NCBI RefSeq assembly: GCF_001194135.2
Contig: NC_068981.1
Span: 123,306,740-123,370,739 of the forward strand
Reading direction: 5' to 3'
Length of the DNA: 64,000 nt
Source of the DNA: Octopus bimaculoides
Taxonomy: Eukaryota
Position numbers and translations under genes: made by a program. Under the pieces are notes generated by a model. That model did not search any database. It saw only the letters and a program-made list of their open reading frames with translations, and was not told the DNA's origin. Below, piece after piece: positions 11,262-23,874 of this stretch. Every line of letters begins with the position of its first letter. Positions within the stretch are counted from its first letter, which is position 1.

Positions 11262-13742
11262 GTTAACCCTCAGAAAGGTGGATCAACCAATATAATCCGA
11301 AGATCCTCAAAATCTGGCGTGCCAGCATGGACCTGCAGTTCATTATGGACCCATACTCGTGCATCACCAGTTGCATGATGAAAAGTGAGAGGGCTATGAG
11401 TAAACTACTGAAAAAAGTAGCTGAAGAAAGCAGAGATGAAGTCTTGAATTCAAAACTGAGAAAAGTAGGATCAGCTTTTCTGAACAACAGGGAAGTAAGT
11501 GCTCAGGAGGCTGCCTACAGGATCCTCTCCCTGCCACTGAAGAGGGCCAGTCGAAAAGTGCTGTTTATCAACACTGCACCAAAAGACAAACGTGTGCCCA
11601 TGCTAAAGCCGCAGAAGATCCTCCAAAGTATGGACGAAGATGAGGAAGATATCTTCTGTACGTCACGTCTTGCCCGCAATGCCATGCGTCCTAATGTCCT
11701 CGAAGTTATGTCCTTTGCGGATTTGCAGCCACTTACACAACTGGAGGAACAGATACTTCTGATGATGCAGCTGACCTGATGATTTAGACGAAAGTGATGA
11801 CATTGATGGTGGTGGCAATAACTCAGATACTGAATAAATTGCAGACAAACTCCCGAAAGTTATCACTCTAAAAAACAGCTTGGAATGCATGAAAAAACGA
11901 AAGCGCCGCTGCATCATAAGGTTCCACAAAGAAAAAAAAGAAGGAGAAGGCAGATACAGGAACTTGTTGATGCTTTACTATCCATGGCGAGATGAAGAGA
12001 TTGATTGGAAAGCTGACTGTCCAGCCTACCAAGAAAACTACAAAAGCATGGAAGTTACTATCCATTCTAACGCTGATGAGCTGGACAGAGTCTATGGCGA
12101 TTTGAAAAGGATGGGACCTCCTGGGGATGCTTAGGATGCTGTGGCTCCAAATATGGAGTTGCAACATGCAGAAGAAGAAAACGAAGGTGTTGTACAGGAA
12201 AGGGAGCTCCCACGAGAAGATCAATTAAGAAATGTCGATCTAGCTACAGAGGTGTCGGGTAATCGCTCAGAGCTTCATGCTCGCTTCACTGCAGAGCATT
12301 GTAAGGTCCTAAAGAATCCTAAGCAGTACAGAGCCATGATGCGGTCGCTGAACAAAAAGCAGATGGAAGTTGTCATGTCTCCTCGAAAGTGGTGTAAAGA
12401 TGCGATCTTTGCTCTGAAACATGACCGACCCATACCGCAGTACAAAGTTTTTTGTCAGTGGGCCAGGAGGAGTTGGGAAGAGCCATGTTATCAAGCTGAT
12501 TCGCTATGAAACTATGAAGCTGCTAAAACCACTCTCTGTACATTTCAGTCTTAATGAACTTCCTGTTCTGCTGACTGCTTTCACAGGGACAGCAGCATTT
12601 GGCATTGAGGGGCTGACGCTGCATTCAGCATTTGGATTTAGCTGTGAACCCAAGACTAATGCCCAGGTTGGGCAAGCTGAATGCAGTAATCAGGTGTCTA
12701 TAGTTGGAGCCGACCTCCTCTACTACATCCATCGCCAGATTCAAGACATCTGTGGGAACTCTGACCCAGATTCCCGATTTGAAGGAGTCAGTGTGATGGC
12801 CGTTGGGGATCTCTGCCAACTGCAACTTGTAGGCCAGAATCACGTCTTTGGCCTCCCGAGAGACAACTACGCCCACTTGCATGGACCTCTATGGGAGGGA
12901 AACTTGCATGGATCTCTGTAGGAAAAAACTTCAAATTTATGGAAATCACAGACAGCATGTGACAAAAGGACGATCAATGTTTTACACAATTGTTGATGAG
13001 GGTCAGGACAGCTACCTGCACGGAAGATGATATAACTTTGCTTAAGACCAGAGTCATCCCCGAAGAAGACACTGACTACCCAACGTACGCCCCTTCATGT
13101 GTTTAAGACGAACAAAGATGTTGATGAACACAACACAGAACACCTCAAGCTGCTTGACCCGATCTATGATATCAAAGCAATTGACAAAAGGAAAGATGTT
13201 CAGACTGGCCTTATTGATGTTGCCATTTCCACTAAGGCGTCAGACACTGGCGGCCTCAGGGAAATAGTTCCTGTAGCAGTTAGCGCTAGAATGATGGTAA
13301 CTGTCAACATAGACGTCTCTGACGGTCTGGGAAATGGCGTCTGTGGCACAGTTGTTGGGATCGACAACAGCGGTAGTGACGTCCATACAGTCCTCGTCAA
13401 ATTTGTCAGTGAACGGGTAGGTAAGCAGGCCATCGCTGATAGCCAGTACATCAGGTCATTCCCGGGAGCGGTTCCCCTCAAACGACTGGATGTTCAGTTT
13501 TATACCGGGAAGGGTAGACGATCTGTGGAAGCAAAGCGTTTGCAATTTCCTCTTTCACAGGCCTGGGGTTGCACTAACACATAAAGTCCAAGGCATGACC
13601 ATGGATAAGAGTGTTGTTGCTATGCAAGGAAAAAAGTTCCTTCATGCCTGGCCAGGCGTATGTTGCCTTGAGTCATGTCCGACACTTGAGTGGCCTCTTC
13701 TTCCTTGGATTTGATGCTAGTGCAATCCGCACTAGTCCATCT
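11262..13742 (+). mobile_element. Helentron/Helitron2 Rep-helicase pseudogene (3' part of Rep region plus PIF1-family SF1 helicase)
   Basis: Motifs across several frames: WINQYNPKILKIWRASMDLQFIMDPY; REVSAQEAAYRILSLPL; LLMLYYPWRDE; Walker A GPGGVGKS at 12460-12483; TAFTGTAAFGIEGLTLHSAF; VMAVGDLCQL; RMMVTVNIDVSDGLGNG; QFPLSQAWGCT-HKVQGMT; GQAYVALSHV. Many stops and frameshifts; termini not seen. Confidence 0.92.
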
Positions 13743-13750
13743 TTTGTTCG

Positions 13751-14077
13751 ATTTACGCTGGCATTAACTGCAGAACTAAAAGTGTAGTCTACAGCATAAG
13801 GTGCATAGAGGGTGCTTATAAAGAAAAGAACATAATATAGATAGGTGAGACATCTAGGACCATTGCGGAGAGACTAAATGAACATCTGATACAATATGAC
13901 GATAAAAAATAAGCCTCCATACTCTACCAACATGCGAAAGACCAGCTTGGAAGCACACTGATTCAACTTGATATCAGCATTTTATCCAACCACCCGAACA
14001 ATCCAACACCCAGACAAGTACAAGAGATTGTCTTCATTAATGAAACATCCCCAGTACTAAATAAGAAATATACATAG
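13751..14077 (+). mobile_element. Penelope-like element GIY-YIG endonuclease remnant
   Basis: One frame reads IYAGINCRTKSVVYSIRCIEGAYKEKNII*IGETSRTIAERLNEH...SILYQHAKDQ...RQVQEIVFINETSPVLNKK. It shows the VY..YIG motif (Tyr codon changed to TAG), the catalytic Arg, Glu and Asn positions, and PLE-type Cys/His residues. Confidence 0.85.
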
Positions 14078-14139
14078 GTGTCAGACCCCAATACCCACAG
14101 TTTATATATAAACAGACAGTGTTGTTAGTAGGCCATTAT

Positions 14140-14202
14140 GTAGGCGTGTGTGTGTACGTGTGTGTCTGTGTGTGCATGTATGTATATATATATATATATA
14201 TG

Positions 14203-14250
<48 letters not shown>

Positions 14251-14455
14251 NNNNNNNNNNNNNNNNNNNNNNNNNNNNNNNNNNNNNNNNNNNNNNNNNN
14301 NNNNNNNNNNNNNNNNNNNNNNNNNNNNNNNNNNNNNNNNNNNNNNNNNNNNNNNNNNNNNNNNNNNNNNNNNNNNNNNNNNNNNNNNNNNNNNNNNNNN
14401 NNNNNNNNNNNNNNNNNNNNNNNNNNNNNNNNNNNNNNNNNNNNNNNNNNNNNNN

Positions 14456-14521
<66 letters not shown>

Positions 14522-15000
14522 ATTAATATTTCTAAGTCTCTCTAAAGGAGACTACGGCAGCGGTACTGGAAATTAATAGTTATCGCCAAGCCAACATGGC
14601 AGTCCCATATATATATATATGGGTAAATGGATACGCGTATGGAAAGGTAGATATACAGATAGATAGGTACTTAGGTAATAAGGACAGACGGACACAAACA
14701 CACACATACACACATACATACAAACATACATACATACAAATCAACACCGAAACACATGACCATATCTACACGCGCACACTTCACACAAGGACACATATAT
14801 GGAGGCAACCAAACGTAAAAGATGCACATACATAGTCACACAAAGACACAAAATGAACACGCAAGCACATGGATATGCAGAATGCATACATACAAACGTG
14901 CACACATGCACACATATGTATGTGCATACACACACATGCATACACACAAATACATACATACATGCATTACATATGTGTATGCGCACGCACACTGACGCAC
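14140..15000. repeat. Compound (TG)/(TA)/(GA) microsatellites around gap 14251-14455, followed by a degenerate CA-rich tract
   Basis: Seen directly. Confidence 0.9.
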
Positions 15001-15028
15001 ACGCAATTCGGATAACGTCCAGGATTAA

Positions 15029-15200
15029 CGACTATTGAAAGGGTTGCAAGCCGCAGCGAAAATTTCGGTAAAAGTAAATAAGTAAATGAGTGGAAATCGG
15101 AGAGTATGTTAAATTGATAAGGCACTAAAAAAAAATGACTCTCCCCAGACACACGAATTCACATAAAGAATCTTGTAAACCAAATACAAAAACGAAACAT
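15029..15200 (+). repeat. Unclassified dispersed repeat, copy 1 (copy 2 at 39309-39495)
   Basis: Shared blocks cgactattg, aaataagtaaatg, aatgactctccc and acacgaattcacataa.gaa.cttg.aaacc.aatac occur in the same order. Confidence 0.8.
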
Positions 15201-16774
15201 ATACATTTATATTTACACTCCTGCAGATGGCGGATAGGTAAGCAAAATATGGACGACAGTCTGAATGCAGTAATGCGGAAGGAAATGGTGTTATGAATAT
15301 ATTCACAGGTAATGTCAGATATGGTGACTTAAATTTTGTTCAGTATTTTGTTTTTATTGTCTCTACCTGGGGGTTCTGTTTGTGCAATTGTGTGTGTCGT
15401 AAATGAAAATGGATGAAAAGAGTCTTTTTTTTTTGCCTTTCAAAACTTATATGAAGACTGCAACATCATACAACAGCACGGCGTTATTCTTCAAACACCA
15501 TTTATATAAACCTTCGCAAAAAAAAACTATCCAATTGTTTTTGATAGAATATTGATATGATATGTTGTTTGGTGAAATTGAGTAACAGTTTGACTTCATT
15601 TGTTTTTATTTCTTGCATTTTTGTCTTTTGGGTTTTTGTTTCTATTTTTCATTTGGTTTAAATTATCTTTGATCTTGAATTGTGTTTCAAGGCGTCTGAG
15701 AATATGTGATAAATAGAGATATATGTAGTTATTTTTGGAATTGTTCAGTGTTTTGGAAATTTGAAATCAATAAGATAACAAAATATATTAATATATAAGA
15801 AATGACGATATGGACAAAGTTAAGATATCAGCAGCGGGAATTCAGCAAAGTTTCAATGGGAATTACGAAAAGAAACAAATAACTTCAAAACAAGCAATTC
15901 AAAAATTTGTCCACATATATTCACACCAAAATATTTCAAAACTAATATCTTCAAAACTTCTGAAAACTTTCATGCTAAGATCAGTACTTCAAGAATACAA
16001 TATAGATATATCTAAATATATCCTGTACATATAAATTGTTTCATAATATATTCTCTATTAATAACAAGTAAATTTGTTTAAAATATATTGCTAAGGTATA
16101 TGTTTCATAGATGAATGAAGAAGAAATAAAACTTCGTTTCCATCGCAGAGGCGAAGTGGTGATGGCATATGTGTAGCAATCCGTTAGTAGGGAGCAAGCT
16201 ATACTTGAATCGATAATTGTGTTTAGTGTTTCTATAGTTGCAGGCAAATAGAGACATACATTCGACGCCCACTCCCCACACACGACACCTTGCAGACCAT
16301 TCAGAATTTGAGTACTTGAGTGCTTTAAAAAGGAGTGAGAGTGGGATTGTTCCAGCAGTAGATTGGTGGTCATTGCATCTGAGGAGAAATATGAAGCACT
16401 TCTTTAAAGCATAAACCCAGTTCTATACTTAAACGTACAATGTACCTTTAGAGATAAACGCTATACGACACAGTATTATAAAACATTTGGACGAATGTAA
16501 ATTTTTGTCCGTATTATCTATTTCCTTTAAATTCATGTCTGCTCTGGAGAAATTTGTGTGTGTGTGTGTGTGTACGTATGTATGTGTTATGAAATGTGTA
16601 CTGTTCATAATCTCATGCCTTTTTTCTCATATATAGCATAAATAAATCTACTTTATCCAAAGTCATGTTTTTGTTAGGCGGAAGAATGAGTGGAATTTAA
16701 CTTCTATTTTTAAGTGATTAAGCATGCCACTGAATATTTTCATATCGAACAGATATAACTAAAATTGATGTCCT

Positions 16775-16900
16775 TAACGTACTGGCTCGTTTTGCATATT
16801 CTAAATTGCGGATCGCTGTTAATATTCACTCTTATTTGGATCTTGGTCAAGAAACCTATGATCAAAATGACGTTCTCGTCTTTTCAGAATATTATAAAAA
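16775..16900 (-). mobile_element. Possible highly decayed R4-type CCHC zinc-knuckle remnant
   Basis: Minus-strand frames give LKRRERHF...DQD and NINSDPQFRICKTSQ, weakly resembling LKRETE..AAQDQ and DPKCRICK. The similarity is weak. Confidence 0.25.
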
Positions 16901-17851
16901 CAAGCACTTTTCATTTGACGTGGCTGATGTTTTATTTGAGAATAGGCGTGCAGAGAAATATTGATTCTGAAGTTTGAAGGCTTAAGCTGTAGCAGCTGAG
17001 GAAGGAGACGGCAGAGGAGATGGAGGAGGAGTAGTAAAAGAAAAACAAGAAGAAAGGGAGGAGGGGGAAGAGAATAGATAGAAGAAAGAAAAGAAAAAAA
17101 GATGCGAGTGGTATGACACAATAGTAAACTGTTTGTGGAATATTCTTTAATGGTCAAGTGACCTAAAAATAATCTGTTGTGGTTGTGGCAGTAGTAGTAG
17201 GAACTGTTCTTAATAAATTCATGAGTAGCGACTCTTCTTAATATAGCTGTCGTTTTTAATATTTGCGTGAGTATTATTCTAAGATCCTTGTAATAGTGTC
17301 ATGTGTGGTGGAAGCATTCAAGAAAGGTTTACATTTTACGATAAAATACGATTCTTTGCTAATGCGCTGATTATAGGTTGCATTGTCCCTGAATTTATAA
17401 AGAGAAAAAGATTTTTAAGTTGGGTTGTGAATAAGAACAGTACCATAATCCCTTTAATTTTCAGGGCCTCTGAGAGTAGGATGATATGTCTTAGAGAGGA
17501 AACTGTTGTCAAACAAAACACTTTTTCCGGTTGATTTCAAACGCTAAAGAGGGGACATGAAGCATGAAGCAGCATTAAATTTAGTAATGGTTTAACTCAT
17601 GTACACAGAATGCAATGCGCCGGAACAAACACCACAGGGCATCATCTCTAAAATTCTAATTATCCCTTCCATTGACATTCCTGAACTGCTAAGTCGAAAT
17701 AAAAAGAAATGAAAAGCAAATATGGCCGCTACGAGATTTGAAATCACAGTGTAGAGAACCGCAAAAATGCCGCAAATCATTATTCCTTACACTAACGTCT
17801 ATCCGAATTTGCTGACTAAAAGTTATGCAGTTTCAGACAAAACACTATACA

Positions 17852-17952
17852 GGGGTCGGTGAAATAAATACCAGTTTGATCACTGAGTCAATGTAATCGT
17901 CTTACCCTCTCCTCTGATGTTTGTTGGCCTTGTACCAAACTTTGAAACCAAT
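17852..17952 (+). mobile_element. 3' fragment of SINE family C
   Basis: ggggtcggtgaaataaataccagt...gtcaatgtaatcg is homologous to 20675-20725 and 44148-44175. It has a different tail, ccttgtaccaaactttgaaacc. Confidence 0.6.
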
Positions 17953-18682
17953 ATTTACCATTCAGTTACACTTTCTCGAATCTCATATTTAAACCTTTCC
18001 TCCTACAGTTTATCCGATAAAATAGTCGCTGTAATTCACTTGTCTATTAACAGTTGCTCCTTGCTACATCCAATCAGCTACCACCAATTTCTTTCTAATT
18101 GTGTCACATTTTCTGGAAGCAGTGGAAGTTAGTAGTGGTGATTACACATTTCTATTCTCAATTATCTCTCTATATGAGAAATGATCTGAAGATTCTGGAT
18201 ATGTTACAATCTATTCAGACATCATCACCGGTGCGTAGCTCTCAACATTCTTGCTGATGTAGGAAGGAAGTAATTGCTTAAGAAACGTTCAATATTGTAC
18301 ATTCATTGAAGTAGAAAAATTAAGTTATTTAGAAAACGTAAAACTCAGTGAAAAGTAATTAGCTTAGAGAATAATTACAAAAAAGCCGTTTAATGCTCTT
18401 CACGTTAAATATATTAACACTAATTTAATCCTTGTTTTACAAGCGGCTGGTCACTAAATAATGTAGAAGAGAAATTTTAGTCGCATCGCTTCGATAAGTT
18501 ACTTAAGAGAAGCGCTATTTTCAATAAGTATAGACTTGTAATCTCTTCTTTTATTGCTAAAAATATTTTCAAGTATATTACATATGGGATACTGGAATTT
18601 TGTGCTCACTCGAATAAATTACAAAATATACGTGTGTATGTGTGTATGTGGGTATGTTTATGTGTGTAGGTGGATGCGTAAC

Positions 18683-18715
<33 letters not shown>

Positions 18716-18878
18716 TACGCGTGAGATACATAGATAAAATCTTAAAATGCATTAATATCTACAATGTCAGTGCAGATTAATAAAGTTCTCTCTCTGCTGA
18801 AGTCAACACCGTAGGATATTTACGTACATACACACATATCACACACAAACACACGCACACACACGCACAGACACACAG

Positions 18879-18922
<44 letters not shown>

Positions 18923-18984
18923 ACGCATGCCCGCACACACACATAAACCTATGTATGTATCTATGTATATAAGTGCGCATGAAA

Positions 18985-19033
<49 letters not shown>

Positions 19034-19318
19034 NNNNNNNNNNNNNNNNNNNNNNNNNNNNNNNNNNNNNNNNNNNNNNNNNNNNNNNNNNNNNNNNNNN
19101 NNNNNNNNNNNNNNNNNNNNNNNNNNNNNNNNNNNNNNNNNNNNNNNNNNNNNNNNNNNNNNNNNNNNNNNNNNNNNGTCGAGAACTGACGAGGAGTAAT
19201 CTTCCGGTATTTTACCTTGTAGTTATCTCTCGTGTGTTTACACATTTTTCACTCCTTGAGGATGTTCTGTACTTAATGTGTATTTTTTTATCTATTTATT
19301 TATACTTGCGCGCGCACG

Positions 19319-19394
<76 letters not shown>

Positions 19395-19939
19395 TAGATA
19401 GATAAATAGATACATACATACATACATGCATAAATACATATATACATACATACTTATACCTATGCAGTACATATATACATTCATCGATAAAGATGTATGC
19501 TTGTTTGTGAGTACTTCTGTGTAAGAGTGGGTGGGACACCATTTTGTATAAAAGATAATGTTGAATTTTTTGAGGAGTGTCGAAAATCGTCTTCTGGAGA
19601 AGCTGAAATTTACTATTTGTGTGCATGCTTTGCTACGCTATTTCGTCGACAGTTTTGTAAGGCATCCTGACACAACATGATATATTTGTGAAAAAATAAC
19701 TTTCTATATTCTAAAGAGTTGTAGATATTTGGCTCATTACTATCGTTACATACTCTATCGCTATTCTAGGTTTTTATACTTAGTAGATTCGTGTTAATAC
19801 AAGAGAGATTTTTTCTTTTTCTTTTTTTTTTTGTTTCCCTTACATATGCATGGTATTCAAGTCACCGGAAACATTGACCACAGCATTGAAATTTTGCGGT
19901 TGCCATTGTTGATTAGAATGCCATGGCTGTCATCGACGT

Positions 19940-19999
19940 TATTTTTGTATTCATCATCATTATCATCGTCCTTGTCGTCGACGTCATCGTCTTCATCAC

Positions 20000-20032
<33 letters not shown>

Positions 20033-20070
20033 TATCATCATCATCATCAACAACCACAACAACAACATTA
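19940..20070. repeat. Degenerate (CAT)n/(CAA)n microsatellite
   Basis: Seen directly; it is the source of the poly-S/D/I ORFs. Confidence 0.9.
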
Positions 20071-20553
20071 GGAATGTCGACGGTGGTTTTGTTAACGTGG
20101 TGGTTCATCCGCAGATCGTTGGCATTTGTTGCGCTTTCATACAGTGCGAAGAATTTATATGACTTCCAGATACAAAGGAATGCTGCTATAGAAAAGTATA
20201 GTTATTTAACAAGAGCACAACTAACATCAATATCCAATTCCCCAAACATCTTTCCGCCATCCAAATGTACACGAAAGTTAATTATGAATTCATCAAATGA
20301 AAAGGTTTTAATAAGCTGCGCGATTCATTTTATATATGGAAAGAAAAGTCAAAATATCTTGCGGGTAAGCGTTATGCTTAGCATGGGGTTTAATTACTCA
20401 CCACATTTTATATGAATATATTTTCCCAGTTAACATTTCGATTAGAGTGCGTCAGTAAAATATACATTCGAATAAATATGTATATGACGCTATTTATATC
20501 TTTTTTCCTTGTTTGTGAAACTGAAGGATTAATGATCCATTATTTAGACTGTA

Positions 20554-20742
20554 ACAGAGGCGGCGAGCTAGCGGAATCGTTAGCACGCCGGGCGAAATGC
20601 TCAGCGGTATTTCGTCTGCTGCTACGCTCTGAGTTTAAATTCCGCCAAGGCCAACTTTACCTTTCATCCTTTCGGGGTCGACTAATTTAGTACCAGTGGA
20701 ATACTGGGGTCAATGTAATCGACTAGTCCATCCTCCAAAATG
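20554..20742 (+). mobile_element. tRNA-derived SINE (family C, Meta-domain-like centre) with 15-bp TSD
   Basis: Head GGCGGCGAGCTAGCGGAATCGTTAGC, B-box-like GAGTTTAAATTCC and centre CTTTCATCCTTTCGGGGTCG. The TSD ATTATTTAGACTGTA lies at 20539-20553 and 20743-20757. Confidence 0.9.
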
Positions 20743-21715
20743 ATTATTTAGACTGTACCTATTTTCACCTCATTTTGATTCTGGCGATGTTGAAAGTCGA
20801 AGTTTTCTGTCTATTTTTTCTGTTTTAGATTTAAAGTACACATTTCCCTGAATACAGTTTTCAATTGTTTTTTTTTTATTTCATTGTTATTTATTTATAT
20901 ATCTTATTGCTGCAAGGCGGAGTCGATCTGGTGTTGTTATGATATGAGCTCTGGTAATTCTTTACGCGTAATAATAGGTCACTGGGCAACGTAAGCATGT
21001 GTCGTAAATATAATATAAAAATTTTTTTAATCGATTATACATCCTTCATTTTTGTAATATTTTGGTTTTGAGTGTTTGTAGGATCAAAACATATTCTCTT
21101 ATCTTACTTGTTTTTTTTTTTTTTGTTAATTATGTTTGGGAAAGGGTTAGTGGAGTTTTCTTTACAAATTGCTGTTTCATTATTTAGCATTCGAATTTTT
21201 ATTGGACTGTTTATTACATAAGCCAACCCGCTTTGCTTATAGGGAGGTAGTCTGACGAAAAGTTTGCCCACTAAGGGCGAATTCTGAGGTGAAAAATTCA
21301 AAACTTAATATTTCAAAACAAATAGTACGGCTTCCTAAACCGAAGGAAGTGATGGCTGTTGAACAGCCATTTTGACATCATTTTTCCGTCCTAAATAAAC
21401 ATGGTCGAAAGACAAATCACAGATGCCACCGCTAACAACAGCAACAGAGGCAGGAACAGTTGTGATGAACATGACTAAATTAAAAATGAAATGAGTACGA
21501 CATTCATTACCTTCGACCACCACCACCACCACCACCACCACCACCACTGCCACCACTAACGGAAACGTTGTACAAGTGTTTCGTCGAATGGAGAAAGTTG
21601 ACGCGTCAGAAAATCGTTGACTTAGCAAAGATACATTACTTTAAATGAATACATAGCCCTATTCTCATAAAATATTATTAAAGTAACACAAAATTACAAA
21701 AATAAATGAAGGCTG

Positions 21716-23870
21716 GATATTTAATGACCTCAGTTCACTAAGTGTAGATGTGGCTATCAGTGAGAGCAGACTTTCCAATCGATCAAGTTTGATGCCCATT
21801 TTCGGTGGATACGAAATTTACTCATCTGCATGCCAACCGGGAAAAGAGGGGCGTAGAACTACAGTGTTGTTCCGGAAAGATCCGAAATTCAAGATAACGA
21901 GCATCATCCTGGGTCCAGATGGTAAGTTGATGACCTGCAGGTGAACGGGGGTGTTTTCAGACTGCTGACTACTTACACTCCGACAGGGGCAGGACAACCT
22001 GAATTTTGCAGGCGTCTGGAGATTTTCCTAGGAAGGTCTGGATCTCTAGTGTTAATGAGGGAATGGAACGTCATGTAGGAGGTCCCTTTAGGTTGTGTTA
22101 GATGTTAGATGGATTGCAAAAGCCTTACAAACCTGCTCAAACGTTTTCAATTATGTAACATGACCAACTGGATTTCCCGAATATGTCCGCGTTGAGTTAA
22201 AACTGCATCGCGTCATCTAGGTCGTATCTAGGACATTTAGAGTAAAATTCATCAGTAGAAAAAGTTGGAGGTGCGAGTGACAGATGCCCAACTTGGCAAC
22301 AAATCCACAATTTGGTGGACTAAGATGGACGCATGGCTTTCGAGGCCGTGCAGATGTGCAGGCTATTTCAGCAGTAATTTGCTCCACTCTTTGGTACGAA
22401 TGACAGTCCGTAACGCAGAATGAACTTCAGTGCCTACCGGGAAGGCAGGGCATGACTCTCCGCAAAGGAAGCAGAGCGTTGGGAAAAGACGATAACAACG
22501 GCGGAAGTACGGGAAGCGATGATGGGTTGCACGAGGATCAAATGACCTGTGGGTTTTCGATGGTTTACCCAACGAACGTTTTTATATGTTAGCGCCAGAA
22601 CAGGAAAAATGTCTATCCTTGTGAGTTTAGAAAGTTTCGAAATAAAGGGTACAAAATAGAAAATTGTAGATGCATAACGCTGCTTAATGCAGATTTTCGA
22701 AATTTTGGAAAAGTTATAAACAAAGAGCCCGCCCCTTGTTGAGAATCTGTTTGATGATGCACAAACATGCACCATCTCATGCAGAATTATCCACCACAAA
22801 CTCCTTCTCGTGAGATGCATTGTATATAGGATGAGTAAAGAAGCTTGCATGGGTGAGGCCATTATCAACTTCGATCACACAAAAGGCTTCGGTAGAGTCG
22901 ACTAACAATACTCGACAAGCATTTTTGCCGTGACTCTTTTCGCTGGTTGGATTGCTGTAATGTACAGCGACTTATGATCAGGTGAATTGCTACTTACCGG
23001 AACCATTCCGCCTCATGCGCTCGGTCCGTCAAGGGTGTCCGTTCTCGTCTCTTCTGTATGTACTGGTACGATAGTCGCTATTACAGAATTTGGAGGCCTT
23101 GAGAAGCATCCAGCACGAACAAGGATGTGGGAGAATCGTGTCAGCATATGTGGATGATATAAACATCATAGTCTCGAATAACAGTAAAATTGACCTAATC
23201 CGCACTGCACTGAAATAATATGAGGCGTTCACAAAAGCAAAAATTAACCAAGAAAATCACTGGGCCTCCAGCTCGGTATCTAGCGAAGTAGATTATGACG
23301 TCTATTAACCTCTTGTGAGGCTGGACTGACGAACTAGTTAAATTGCGCGTTTTCAGGTTTGGCTCGCTTCTCCAAGTGGTGAAGAACTGGGGAAATGTGC
23401 CCAGCAGTATAATGAATCTCACTCAGACATGGGCTAAGAGAAAGCTATCTCTGAAATGCCAGATAGAGGTGGTGAATTCCCATGTCGATTTCGTATTATA
23501 TTACCGCTTGAACGTTGTGCCTTACGTAAGTTAGCGTCTGACCAAACTAGAAGGCATACTCTTCCGCTTTCTGTTGAAGTGACACGTTCCACCGGTCAGG
23601 TGCTCCATTTTCTGTCAACGTCCGCTAAATTGAGGACTGGGCGTGCCGTGACTGCTGATGCGCAGACATGCACTGAGTCTATGTCATCTTCAGCACTTCT
23701 TTGACGGTGAGCTGGTGTGGTCACCGTTTGTTAGACTCGCTCTACCATAGCTTGTTTCATTGACTGAACTGCAGTCCAGGGTAAAGAGTAGACCGAGGCA
23801 GAGCGTTTGGCGCCCACACTGTTCCAGGCGCCCAAAGTCTCTTGCCAGTCGATCAGTGACATTAGTTGAA
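21716..23870 (+). mobile_element. Tx1/L1-clade LINE ORF2 remnant, copy 1 (EN to post-RT)
   Basis: Motifs: EN (VAISESRLS...TVLFRK, about 21750-21940), ITLLNADF (about 22675), INFDHTKGFGRVD (22864), RSVRQGCPFSSLLYVL (about 23020) and SAYVDDI (about 23145). Many stops and frameshifts. Confidence 0.9.
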
Positions 23871-23874
23871 GTGT

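Noticed and set aside
16080-16380. RRGEVVMAYV resembling a CR1/L2 endonuclease GGGV motif
   Set aside because: It is a single short motif with no other supporting EN motifs in order.
17300-17780. Hydrophobic minus-strand ORFs vaguely like GPCR TM6-TM7 (FINSGTMQPII)
   Set aside because: There is no NPxxY or other diagnostic motif, the segments are in different frames, and hydrophobic ORFs are expected by chance in T-rich DNA.
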